Assembly (NCBI GenBank): GCA_051362555.1
Contig: CM120646.1
Span: 13,144,001-13,208,000, forward strand
Direction: 5' to 3'
Length of the DNA stretch: 64,000 nt
Origin: Lingula anatina
Lineage: Eukaryota > Animalia > Brachiopoda
Shown one piece after another: positions 12,836 through 23,896 of the stretch (position 1 is its first letter; each line of letters opens with the position of its first letter). The position numbers and the translations under genes were made by a program. The notes under the pieces are model-generated. The model did no database searches, was not told where the DNA came from, and saw only the letters and a list, made by a program, of their open reading frames with translations.

Positions 12836-15800
12836 TGTTTAAGTACCTCTTGTGTACATAATGATTTAAGGGACGTACAGTATGCCACGGGATAAATGTG
12901 GATCTACTGTGCCGTATGCATGGTGACTGGCTCAAACTGCACCGAAGTCGTGGTGCATGTATACCACACAATTTGGCAATTGTGAAAGGACATCGTCTTT
13001 CATATTGCTGTGCGCTTTTGCGAAGTTATAATTTTATAAAGATCCAGACACTTTTAAGTGCGTTTGCCGATTTCATGGTTTTACAGTCCTTGGGATCGCC
13101 CGTATTATTTATAGCATTTTCAGTCTGCATTTGACTAGAATTATATGTGGAAGAGAACGTATGTTTATTTAAATAGATTTAATCATGAACTGTTTCAAAG
13201 ATGGTATTCAATAATAAGGGAACATTCATATCTCAAATCGTTCATGGAAAACATCCATTGCTGCAGTCCATTATAAGGCAGCAGGTGGAGGAAAATAGCA
13301 ATACCGGATACCGGATTTATAATGTATGCAGATTATTTAAGGGAACGTTCGCATAAGCAAGTAGTGTTAAGCTAAAGGATACAACTTTGAGCCACATTTT
13401 CACACAAGGATTTATGCCTTCCATCTGCCGAGTGATACCGTTTTATCTTTACTAGAGGAAATGCAAAGATCGTTATATTTAGCAAAGCCCGGTTAATTAT
13501 ATTTTTAATACCCTCATTTATTTATCAGAAATTCACGATTCAAGCTGTGTTAAGTAACCTGTGTTTATTGTGAATAAGGATATATTTAGATATTGCTGCC
13601 CCGTGTAAAGCAAGGTCAATGACACGTGTATTCTGAGGGGCAAAACGCGTTTGTCTCTGCTGTCAGGGCGGGTAGGGGGCGGTATTGAGGTCCATATTCA
13701 TATCTATCCTCATATCCATGGTCTTGCTATGTGGGTTATCTTTGTCAACAAGTATATACGATAGTACTGTTGCCTCCATGCACCACACAATAGCGTCCTT
13801 TGCCTCTCTTCAACTTGTTTCAGTTAGAATGATGAGAAACACAACCTGCTTCAAGCTTCCAAACTATTCAGCAGCATGGCGTTGAAACGAGTATACCAAA
13901 TAGCTTACGTCATTTCCGTTTCAGCGAGTGTTATGCAGTCGCGTTCAGGTGAGTTGTTTTGCATAATCGTCAATTACACCGCATCAGGCTATCGCTTGGA
14001 AACTGGATTCCCGGGACTCGAATATTAAAAAATTACTCAGTCGGACTACATAAAAAAACGTATGTACTTCCGTCCTTCTTTAACTAGTACGAGTTTCACA
14101 GAGAAAACATCCCAATTTACAGCATACATGTTTATTCCCCTTAGCGGAAGAAAGAAGTTAAAAGAATAATAAAATTTATACAGGATAAAAGAAAATAAAA
14201 CGAAGTATAAATCGATGAATAAAAATAGAAAATATACAAAAAATCTTATATCTCATCTATAGTTGTGAGAAATGTGTATTTCGTAGCCTTAACGATATTT
14301 GTCTTTCCCCCACTATCTCCTGTGCCCTTCAGGTGAAGTGCGTGCGTGCGTGCGTGCGTGCGTGTGTGTGTGTGTGTGTGCATGAGGATAGAGAAGTCAT
14401 CAGTCATAAGAGTAACATTATACAGTGACAACTTACACAAGTCCCGGCTACTACATATACCTGGGGAGTAGGACCCAAGACAGGCGTTTGCTATAGCGTT
14501 AATCCCAATGATTTGATCATAGCAGGTTGAGGAATAAGAAAACTTTGTTAAAAAAACACCAAATGACGACGACCAGTGGTTTTGTATTCATGAATTTAGT
14601 AACATGTTTGTTCCGTCTTGTTTAAATATAAGAAAATAACACGTTCGGCCACAGGTAAAACATCGTTAGGGTAACTCCGAACAATAATATTTACACTATT
14701 CCGATTCAGTTGACCGTGCATTATTAACCTTTTGTGCCAGCAAGAGCGAACGGGGTGAGAGTTGTAAATGTTTGAACGCTATGATTCATGCAAGTAATAA
14801 AAAATCTCTTTGTCCTGTCTAGGTCATACTGCGCAAAGGCATGCATACACTGTATAAAGGTCGATGCAAACCACGTGAAATTCCAACTCTACAGCCTGGC
14901 AGTAGCACGAAAGTTTATATTTTGTTCACCTTCTGTTTCAGCGCAGAGCTACAAGGAAAAGGCAGACTTACGACGGAGAGGAATAGAATTTAACTGTATA
15001 ATAAAAAGGTGAGTGCCGGTGTAACGTGACAGAGAGTTCCCCAAGATAGAGTTATTAGTTTTGAAATAGGGTGTTAACAGAGAAATATAGGGTGTGTCTT
15101 TTTAATTTTTAAAAAAATTCGTTTCGTTTGAGTCGTTATCGTTAGTTTTGGACAAACACAACCAGTTAGCAACATGGTATTTCGCTCAGATTCATCGTGA
15201 CCGGGGTAATCTTCCAGCATTCAGCTGAAAATTAATGTAGCGTTCGGTTGACAAAGGTGGGTATTCTCTTACAGATACGGGAAAAGTCACATTATAAGGT
15301 AGTAAACTTAATACAGTTAGTTTATTTAAGTCAATCACTGGCAAAATGGTAAGGTGTTTTGCTTGTTTTTCAGAAACTAAAAACGCAAGATCAATTATCG
15401 TGATGCAGCGATCTGTACAAACCACTGCTGTACAGCTTTCGTTGCAAATATATCGATCTATGCATCCACATTTTACAGGTCGTTGTCCTCTTCAGGTCAT
15501 ATTGATCAATGCCCTACATGTATTGTGCGGGTGCAAAATCACCTGGTTTTCCTACTTCGCGTGGCAGAAATGCGATAATTCATATTTTGTTCACTGTGTA
15601 TTGGCTCGCGTCGCTACGAGACCAAGGTAGAACCACAACGGGAGGAGATAAAATCCAACTGTTAAACAAAGAAGTTGAGAGTCGGAATGTGTTAGTAATT
15701 AGTTTTAAATGCCATAAAAATGGGAAACGTATACCACTATTTTCTTGAGTTTTATGTATCATGAGTTATAGAAAAACACGGGAAGGTTATTCATAAGCAT

Positions 15801-17301
15801 TATTATCTTTTCTGATATCTACTTTAAAACGTTACCGAGATTAGTGGTTAGTGAACGACGTCGATGCAGCTACGACGATGCCGCAACGAACGGGCAAATT
15901 AGATTAAAAAAAACACCATATACAGTACGACAAAATTGCAAATTGCAATTGCAAATTAATTGAGGAAAACATTGTTTAAATTGGCAACATATCAGTGTTT
16001 TCTTGTGGTTAATCAGCTACATTACTAAAGCGACACGTAGAAATATCGCGGCATAGAGATTCAAGGGGTACCCATCCAGGTGAATTCTACATATGCAATG
16101 TGAATTGTTTTTTTTTTTTAAGTTGAACACATGGAATCCTACTGTAAGACTGGGTTCCCATGTCTAGATCGAGCCATCTGGATCGGTCTAACTCCCTGGG
16201 GAGTCTCTCTATATTGCTGTCAACTTAACCGATTAAATGTCTGTCACGCCTACCGAATCAACTAGAGGGTAAAGATAATAACCCCCTAACAGCTTTACTA
16301 GGCGTGACAGACATTTAAGCCGGTTAAGTTGATAGCAATTTAGTGAGACCAGTATACGCGGAACGAAAGAGGTGCTAGCAGTTGCATCCCCAGTTGCATC
16401 CCCCCATCCCCACCCCAAATTTGCCCAAAAACTGACATAACCCTTTTAAGCAATAGGAGAACGGCATATAGACTGTTTTTATGTTCCATTCTTTTTACAA
16501 CCGATGTCATGAGAATGAGAATGAGATGTAGAATGAGTAGGATAAAAAGTTTTTAGTGACTACCTTAATATAATAACTGAAATATTGATAGGTGTAGCTG
16601 CACTTAGTCGAGAATAATCTGAAGACTGATTGGATTTTTTGTTCTTCATTCCCAAATCAAATGCAAAGCCTAAAAGAAAAGATGAAACGAAGTTAGTAAA
16701 TGAATCAAAAGAAAAACGTTAACTTGAAAATAATGAAAACTGAGTGCAAACACAAAGAAAATAGCTTAAATTAATGAAAATAAAACGAAAAAATCTGAAA
16801 TCTAAACGAAATACCTAGATAGCGTATATGAAGTAGGAAAAACAGAAACGTTAACGTTTCGTTTACGTTGAACGTTACTGCACAAGGGTTAAATGACCCC
16901 CCTTTACCGATAGGCCCTACACAATGTAGAAGTAGAGTGACAAAAAAGGGAAGAAAGCAAACCTTATATACGGTGTGATAGAAAGAGTACTGTTTATTTA
17001 GGATAGAGCAGTGGCATATAACTATGCAGTTTGTACTGTGCTGTGTATACTGTGTAGTTTCGATTAGAAGGGAATGAGAAACGGAAAAGAGTGAGAAAGA
17101 GAGAGGGGAAAAAAGAAAGAGACGGGAGAGAGATAGAGGAAGAGACCAGAAAATGTTTTCCGTGTAAAAAACAAAAGAAAATTTAAAATTATTCAAAAAT
17201 AGAATGCAAATAAAAATTAGAGAATGACATAAATCGCTGGCATTTACAATAAGTGTCTGTATGAGTGAGTAGGAGTGTTTAGGTCAATGTATGGTGATAC
17301 C

Positions 17302-18270
17302 TAAGACCCCCGTCACACTTATTCGGAATTAGCAGGAATGAAGAAGAATGAGCCCGAACGAAGAATTTTTAAAATTCGAACCACATTCGGGGGGAAATTT
17401 TCACATTGACCTTAATTATTGTAAGAGTACCGTTGGAATACTCAGAATGCGCTTGAATTCGCCTGGAATGATGAGTGCATTTTCGACTGTGTAGCTCTCA
17501 AAAGCAGTTTGAATGTAGTTGGAATATTTATAATGCTGTAAGAAGGCAGTAACAATATTAAGAATATACTTTGAACGGCGCACTAGTGTAGTTCGATTGC
17601 TGGCAAAATTAATATTTCAGCTCATCCGAAACATTCTGGCGGAGTATAAAATCCCCGTCACACTAAGGCGGAATGATTAAGAATGGCGTCGGAAATACAA
17701 TTTTTTTTTTTTGCATTCCAGGATATTCGAATAGCATTCTAAAAACATTCTAAAAATTCTGAGTGCATTCCAAATATTTTTACCCATTCTTGTGGCCGGC
17801 TCGAATGTTTTTGTCATGTCAAAAACTTTTGAAGTGCATTTCAAGAGGAAATTTATCGCAATATCCCTACAGTATTCCAACTACATTTGAGCTGCATTTG
17901 AGAGGTAATATACCTGAAATGTGCAAGAATCATTCCAGGCGGGTTCGATGTGCATTCTTAGTATTCCAGAGGCATTCTTACAAAGCCGTAATATTTTATG
18001 ATAATTATTAATTCCCGCTGGAATATGGCACGAATTTTTAAATTTAGTAATTCCGGCTTGATTCCTACTGATTTCGAATAAGTTTGACGGGGGCTTTAAG
18101 TAACTTGTCAGTTCGAATATTCCTCTAATGTTATCAGAATGTTTCGAATGCTGTCGGAATGCCGTGAGAATATTTAGAATGCAGTCATAGGCCCTAGTGC
18201 AGTTAGAATACTGTTCAAATGCCATTCGATAAATTTCCACTTGGAATGCACTTCGAAAGTTTTTGACATG
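17302..18270. mobile_element. Cluster of nested GAAT-rich non-autonomous TIR elements
   Basis: TIR ccccgtcacacttattcggaat (~17307) vs atttcgaataagtttgacggggg (~18071-18093); second ccccgtcacac terminus at ~17652; similar GAAT-rich sequence continues to ~18270. Confidence 0.65.
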
Positions 18271-18795
18271 ACAAAGTAGCATACATAAGGTAAATGATGC
18301 TTTCCTGGAAAATGACAAAGTAGCCTATTTTTAATCAGTAGGACACATAGGGCCTACTGTCACGGCGTAGGGATTTCTTACGTTTTTTCTTTAACCCAAA
18401 CTCACACGTCACGGTGACATTTTTCCTTGACAACATCGTAACTTTCATTATAATTTGCAAACTAGAGTGTGTGCGGGAAATTCCAGAGCCTGTGTGTGGC
18501 TAAAATTTTATTCAAATCTATCCTTGTAAACAAATGCTTCAACTGTTTTTGTAGGAAGATCACATAAAATTTAAAAAATTAAACGAGACTTACCTTGGTT
18601 AAGTCGAAGTTTGATTTCAATTCTTTGAGTAAAGAATTGAGGGAGGGCTTAACTGAGATCCGGTTGCGCGCGCAGGGCACTTTTCAAAGTGTTTGTCACA
18701 TTAACCACATGGAATTAATTACATTAATTCCCCACAGCTCTCTTCCTCTATAATACAAGCAATGAGCTGTAACCCAAAGTTGGGTGGGAGGGTGG

Positions 18796-18921
18796 CAGTT
18801 AAGCCCTCCCTCAATTCTTTACTCAAAGAATTGAAATCAAACTTCGACTTAACCAAGGTAAGTCTCGTTTAATTTTTTAAATTCTTTTTCGTAAGAAGAA
18901 TTTCGTTGGTCTTAACTGAGA
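18796..18921. repeat. DIRS internal complementary region (ICR)
   Basis: 18796-18883 is the exact reverse complement of 18568-18655 (88 bp); 18880-18921 is the exact reverse complement of 23168-23209 (42 bp); the halves share AATT. Confidence 0.95.
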
Positions 18922-18968
18922 CTTTAAAGCTTGATGTGACAAACATTTCATTCATTTCAAAAGATCCT

Positions 18969-20090
18969 TTATTTACCCAGAACTCCATCCTGGAATCTGT
19001 CTTGATTACTTACAATGCGCTTGTCATAGAACTTCGCAAAAGTACTTTTCTTAGACCAACCAGCTTTGTCAATAATGACTGAAATAGGTACTGCAGAGGC
19101 TTTTGCCTTAGAGGTAGCTGCAGCTCTAACACTGTGAGAGCTAAATGTATAAGTGTCTATACCAGCTCTACTCATAACAGTTTTTATCCATCTTGCTACT
19201 GTGTCTCTTGCGACATTATGATGTGGTTTCATGTAACTTATTAACAAACGTGCACAGTTCTTGTCATTTCTCATGACTTTCGTGCGAAACAAATATTCCT
19301 TCAATACAGTATACACACAAAGCCTCCTGTCTGGAGGGTAGGCCTTAAAAGATACTGAAACAACATTATAACCTGGCCTATTTTGTTTTAAAGAACCATC
19401 TAACTTGAACAAAAACTCAGTTCTCAATTTTTTATAACCTTGAAAACTTAACAACTGCAAAGTTTGTGTACGTGCAGCTTGAGTCAGAGCCATGAGCATC
19501 ACTAGCTTTAATGTCAAATCTTTGAGAGTTATATGCTTAACAGGAGAAAGTTTCCTCAAATATGTCAATACTCTTTCAACATCCCACACCTCTGTGTATC
19601 TGGGTTGTGATGGTCTGGCTGCAAACACACCCTTCATGTATCTGATAATTAATGGGTGATTTCCAATTCTGAATCCATCAAAGTTTATTCCTAAAGCTGA
19701 GAGAGCTCCACGTGCAGTGTTCAAACTCTCATAACCCAAACCTTTATTAAATTGTTCAGTTAAAAACTCGATTACTGCTTCCAAAGTTGGCGAAAGTGGA
19801 GTAATCGTCCTTTTACTACAGTACTGAAACCACCTGTTAATGTGTGTGTTATATTGTTTTTGTGTCCCTGTTTTCCAAGACAACATAAGTATTTTGGTAG
19901 AGTCCTCTGAAAATCCTCGTTCTCTGAAACTATTCCTGACACTTTGCAAGCAATCAGTCTTAATTTCCCTTCCAAAGGGTGTTTCAACTGCAGGTGAGGA
20001 AGTCTTAAAAGATTCTTCTTTTTCTGTATTATGACTGGTTTCTCCACCAACAATTCCATCAGTCTCGGAAACCATGCTTGTGTGGGCCAC
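18969..20090 (-). CDS. DIRS tyrosine recombinase
   Basis: Catalytic residues present: QAART (R), HSVR (HxxR), AGW, TFAKFY (Y); overlaps the 3' end of pol as in DIRS1-group elements; true start uncertain. Confidence 0.95.
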   Translation of the reverse strand: MAHTSMVSETDGIVGGETSHNTEKEESFKTSSPAVETPFGREIKTDCLQSVRNSFRERGFSEDSTKILMLSWKTGTQKQYNTHINRWFQYCSKRTITPLSPTLEAVIEFLTEQFNKGLGYESLNTARGALSALGINFDGFRIGNHPLIIRYMKGVFAARPSQPRYTEVWDVERVLTYLRKLSPVKHITLKDLTLKLVMLMALTQAARTQTLQLLSFQGYKKLRTEFLFKLDGSLKQNRPGYNVVSVSFKAYPPDRRLCVYTVLKEYLFRTKVMRNDKNCARLLISYMKPHHNVARDTVARWIKTVMSRAGIDTYTFSSHSVRAAATSKAKASAVPISVIIDKAGWSKKSTFAKFYDKRIVSNQDRFQDGVLGK

Positions 20091-21787
20091 ATTGGTGCTA
20101 CAATGATTCCCTTGGCTCTGTCCTGTCTGACTTTCCGCACACAGTTTCCCAGTAAGCTAAAAGGTGGAAACAAATAAACTGAGTTAAAAGTTTCCCAGTC
20201 AATGGTAAAAGCATCAACAAAAGAGCAGTTTGGATCAGGCTTCCATGAACAATATGTTTCTACTTGAGCATTTATTCTAGATGCAAAGCAGTCTATATCT
20301 GGGATTCCCCAAAAATTACATATCTTATGAAAAATCTTGCTGTCTAATTTCCATTCAAGATCATCCTTGAATTCTCTGGAAGCCTTATCTGCTGCCTCAT
20401 TATTTTTGCCAGCTATATGTGTACATGTTAACCAGACATCATGTGATATACACCAAATCCATATGTCACATGCTACTTTATTACAGTTTTCAGAAACTGT
20501 GCCTCCCATGTTGTTAATGTATGACACTGCCGTAGTGTTATCTGACATCACCTTAATATGCTTTGACTTAAGATCACGTTTGAGGGACTTGAGTGCATTC
20601 AAAATGGCCATTAATTCTAATACATTAATAGGCAATTTACCCTCTACATCCGTCCATCTACCTCCAATATTATTGTTTTTATAACTTGCACCCCAACCTA
20701 AAGTGGATGCGTCTGTATGTAAAGTCTCTGAGGGGTTTGGTCTAGCAATAACCCTATGCTGGGATTTCAAGTTGACAATCCACCAAATTAAATCTGACCT
20801 CATACTGTTTGATATTATCATGGGTGCATCATAGTTACCCTTCGATTCTTGTAAAGCCTTAATCTTTGCTCTTTCTAACTTCCTATAGTACAGTTTGCCA
20901 TAATCCACAGCTGAAAAACTTGCTACTAACAACCCAATGACTCTCGCCACTTGTCTAATAGGTGCCTTTGAAACATTATACAACTCTTCGCATGCAGAAA
21001 TTATTTTCTCCTGCCTGTCAAGTGGCAGTGTTACTATCATTTTGTCAGAATCAATAACATTTCCCAAAAATTTTAACTTGCTTGTTGGTCTCAAAACTGA
21101 TTTGTCTTCATTTATGATGAAACCCAATTTGGACAGAAGTGTAACTGTTGCATTTAAGTTCTCCGTACATTCTAAATCATCACTGCCAATTATTAAACTG
21201 TCATCAATGTACCCTGAACTAACATAACCTAAACTTCTCAGTTTCCCAAAAACTGGTTTAAGAAGTTTTGTAAACAATCGCGGGCCTTCACTGACCCCAT
21301 TGGGTAAGCAGGTATATTGGTAGATTTTATCCCTCCACTGGAATCTAAAAAAATTTTGCTGTTCATCTGCAAGTTTAATTGAATAATAAGCATGACGGAT
21401 ATCGACAGACCCCATTTTTACATTTTTGGTTATCAATGGTAGGGTTTTCTCAAAGGTTTCCATCTTAAAATGCTGATATGGAATGAACCGATTTAATTTC
21501 TTTAGATTCAGAATTAATCTGTATTCACCATTTTCTTTTTGTCTCAAAAAAATCGGTGATAAAATTTGGCCTGCTTCACTATTCACAGGAATAATCACTT
21601 TCATGTCCAATAATTTTTTAATTTCTATGTCAATAATGGACATTTCTAACCTATTAAACTTGCAATTTGATTTCACAATGGCGGGAATCCCACCGTTGAA
21701 ATCTAGATTAATATGACAATGCTTTACAATGTCAAGAATAAATAGGTCACTTGTAATCAGTTTCCATTGATCAATAAAGTCAGCCAA
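19772..21787 (-). CDS. pol: DIRS Pol: reverse transcriptase, RNase H and DAM-methyltransferase-like domain
   Basis: YRLILNLK, LPNG, GYIDD (RT); HTDAS, INVLEL, SDNTTAV, AADKASR (RNase H); IDCFAS..YLFPPF (MT-like). No ATG at the 5' end; frame stays open upstream to ~21889, overlapping gag in the -1 frame. Confidence 0.95.
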   Translation of the reverse strand: MADFIDQWKLITSDLFILDIVKHCHINLDFNGGIPAIVKSNCKFNRLEMSIIDIEIKKLLDMKVIIPVNSEAGQILSPIFLRQKENGEYRLILNLKKLNRFIPYQHFKMETFEKTLPLITKNVKMGSVDIRHAYYSIKLADEQQNFFRFQWRDKIYQYTCLPNGVSEGPRLFTKLLKPVFGKLRSLGYVSSGYIDDSLIIGSDDLECTENLNATVTLLSKLGFIINEDKSVLRPTSKLKFLGNVIDSDKMIVTLPLDRQEKIISACEELYNVSKAPIRQVARVIGLLVASFSAVDYGKLYYRKLERAKIKALQESKGNYDAPMIISNSMRSDLIWWIVNLKSQHRVIARPNPSETLHTDASTLGWGASYKNNNIGGRWTDVEGKLPINVLELMAILNALKSLKRDLKSKHIKVMSDNTTAVSYINNMGGTVSENCNKVACDIWIWCISHDVWLTCTHIAGKNNEAADKASREFKDDLEWKLDSKIFHKICNFWGIPDIDCFASRINAQVETYCSWKPDPNCSFVDAFTIDWETFNSVYLFPPFSLLGNCVRKVRQDRAKGIIVAPMWPTQAWFPRLMELLVEKPVIIQKKKNLLRLPHLQLKHPLEGKLRLIACKVSGIVSENEDFQRTLPKYLCCLGKQGHKNNITHTLTGGFSTVVKGRLLHFRQLWKQ

Positions 21788-21819
21788 TCTACCTGCTTCA
21801 AAATAATTATTTACCTCAT

Positions 21820-22917
21820 TTATTGCTTGGGCAGATTCCTCTGTCCCCTGCGTACATAGTTTTTTGCAAAAGAAGGCCCTGCTCCAGGATCATCCTGCCA
21901 CACTCTGGGTCTTCCCCCTCCAGCAGGTCGATTAACACCTCTGTACACAGATCCACGGCCTCTGGCACCACGTCCTCTACGTCCTCTGAGAGATCTGTCA
22001 AACAATTTATGTTTGATTTTTGAGCAATCCTCTATATCCCTTGCCATTTTGGGAAGATCGTCTCCAAATAAAAATTTTTGGCTGTAAGTCAGCTCATGAC
22101 TGCAGAGGTGAGCATATTCTCCGCTCAATTGCGGTTTCAAAAAATCTTTCCTTGTCATATTTATCTTCCTGTTCATATGTCCCATGAGTGCTAGGACATC
22201 GTTGCAGTTTTCGATCATGCTGCCAATATGATCACTCGTGTCCTTTTCTGGATTCCTTTCGTATAAGGCCATCTGGTTTACAGTTTTAACTAAAATGTTT
22301 GCACCTTTAACCAAAGTATGTGCTATGTTTTGCATTTTCCTATCGTTTGCTTTGGTCCAACCTGGGACCTGGTCCCATATCAACTGGTTGGTTTTCACGA
22401 CTTGCAGGTAATCACAGTTACCTGGCCTGTGGTTCTGTTTAATCAACTCGTTTAAATGTTGTTCGTCCAGGCCATTCATAAAAAGATCGTTCACAGTTTT
22501 GGCCAGCACATCATCCACGTTGTCGGCCATTTCCTCCGACATGTTAAACTTCTTGGCCATGTGCTTAAACAGGTTGTCTTCCGTGTCGGGAAGATACGAG
22601 TCCAACTTCCTTTTTTCACCCGTTGTGCCTGCCTCCACCGACTCAACACATTCATTATCGACGTAAACTTCGTCGTCATACTGAGAATATTGCGCCTCCA
22701 TATTATCAATACGGCTGACGATGTTCTCTAACCTGCCGTCCTGAGCGTCCACAGAGGCTTTTAAAGATACAAGTAATGACATAATATTATCCTCTGACGA
22801 GGATTTCTCCACAGACTTAGGGTTTTTGGAAGCCGACTTCCCTTTACCCTTCCTGCCATCACTCACGTGTTCAGGTCCATTTTTAGTAATGGTACTACAT
22901 GTAGTTTCGTCCGCCAT
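21820..22917 (-). CDS. gag: DIRS Gag-like ORF1
   Basis: First ATG at 22917 (MADETT) within ORF 21820..23028, 365 aa; first ORF in the element; RG-rich C-terminus (RGRRGRGARGRG). Confidence 0.85.
   Translation of the reverse strand: MADETTCSTITKNGPEHVSDGRKGKGKSASKNPKSVEKSSSEDNIMSLLVSLKASVDAQDGRLENIVSRIDNMEAQYSQYDDEVYVDNECVESVEAGTTGEKRKLDSYLPDTEDNLFKHMAKKFNMSEEMADNVDDVLAKTVNDLFMNGLDEQHLNELIKQNHRPGNCDYLQVVKTNQLIWDQVPGWTKANDRKMQNIAHTLVKGANILVKTVNQMALYERNPEKDTSDHIGSMIENCNDVLALMGHMNRKINMTRKDFLKPQLSGEYAHLCSHELTYSQKFLFGDDLPKMARDIEDCSKIKHKLFDRSLRGRRGRGARGRGSVYRGVNRPAGGGRPRVWQDDPGAGPSFAKNYVRRGQRNLPKQ
21822..21865 (-). promoter_or_regulatory. Candidate -1 ribosomal frameshift signal (A AAA AAC plus hairpin)
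   Basis: Heptamer at 21865-21859 is in gag phase; 7 nt downstream GC-AG-GGG-A-CAGA-GGAA-TCTG-CCC-AA-GC can fold into a hairpin; pol is in the -1 frame. Confidence 0.6.
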
Positions 22918-23599
22918 GACACCACGTGTCCAGAAGCAGACGACGAAACCTGACTGAAATTGCGCCAAATACCGTTGCAAACGGCAAGACCACTGTCTAT
23001 AACGATATAGCATGCACCACGTGCACAATAAAAATCACCCAAAACCACGTTTCGGTGAAAAAGATCAGCGCCACTAGACAAATTCGCCCTTCAACCAAGG
23101 AGTATTGCACCAAGACTCCTTGCTTCAACTAGCGTGCAACCTAAAGTGCCCTGCGCGCGCAACCGGATCTCAGTTAAGACCAACGAAATTCTTCTTACGA
23201 AAAAGAATTCAAGATTTGACGTCATGCATTGGCCATCAAATCTATATTTGTGCCTTTAGTGGCATTAGTCCTGTCCAAATACTCAGTAAAATATCTTTTA
23301 TATCTCTATCAACAGAGATATGGAAACAATTATATAAGCAACAATATCTGAAAGGTTATTTGATATCGTCATGATCACTTTTAAATCATGTAGCACCAAT
23401 TTTCCCTGTTATGCCTACTTGCTTGAAACTCTTCGTTTTCTCCTGCAATGAAAAAAAAAAATTACCACTAGTATAGGCCTACAACATAAATTATTAGGGA
23501 CCATGGTTAAAGATAAGCATTTTCATTTACATAAATTGAGAACATGTATCAAGACTTAGCCTACTACGGAAGACCACCACCCATCCACATATTTAATGG

Positions 23600-23896
23600 T
23601 AGGCCTACGTAAGGCCTACTCCCCCGCATCGATAGGCCTACTCCCCCGCTCCCCTTAGTAAATTTTTATGTATTATGCGCATCGATAGATCCCACACCGA
23701 CAGATCCCCGCATCGATACATCCCCAGTAAAATTGCCGATGTAGGCGCACCGTTACTCCCCCACACCGATACTCCCCTACATCATTGCTTCCCCGCATCG
23801 ATACTGCAGGGGAGTGTCGGTGCGGGGGAGTATCGGTGCGGGGGAGCATTGGTGCGGGGATGTAGGCTACCGGTGCGGGGGAGTAGGCCTATCGGT
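23600..23896. repeat. Fold-back array of ~17-bp ccccgcatcgata units
   Basis: Tandem actcccccgcatcgat-like units followed by their reverse complement atcggtgcggggagt. Confidence 0.7.

Larger units (their letters stand above)
18568..23209 (-). mobile_element. Full-length DIRS1-type tyrosine-recombinase retrotransposon
   Basis: gag, RT-RNaseH-MT and YR ORFs on minus strand; 36-bp inverted core 18648-18683/23143-23178; internal complementary region 18796-18921 matching both outer termini; AATT at both ends and at the ICR junction. Confidence 0.97.

Noticed and set aside
18969-21787. Phage integrase plus RT as a prokaryotic retron/DGR/prophage system
   Set aside because: RT-RNaseH-MT order, gag ORF and ITR/ICR structure identify a eukaryotic DIRS1 element in spliceosomal-intron context.
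23600-23896. CRISPR-like array
   Set aside because: Units are degenerate, partly inverted, lack unique regular spacers; no cas genes.
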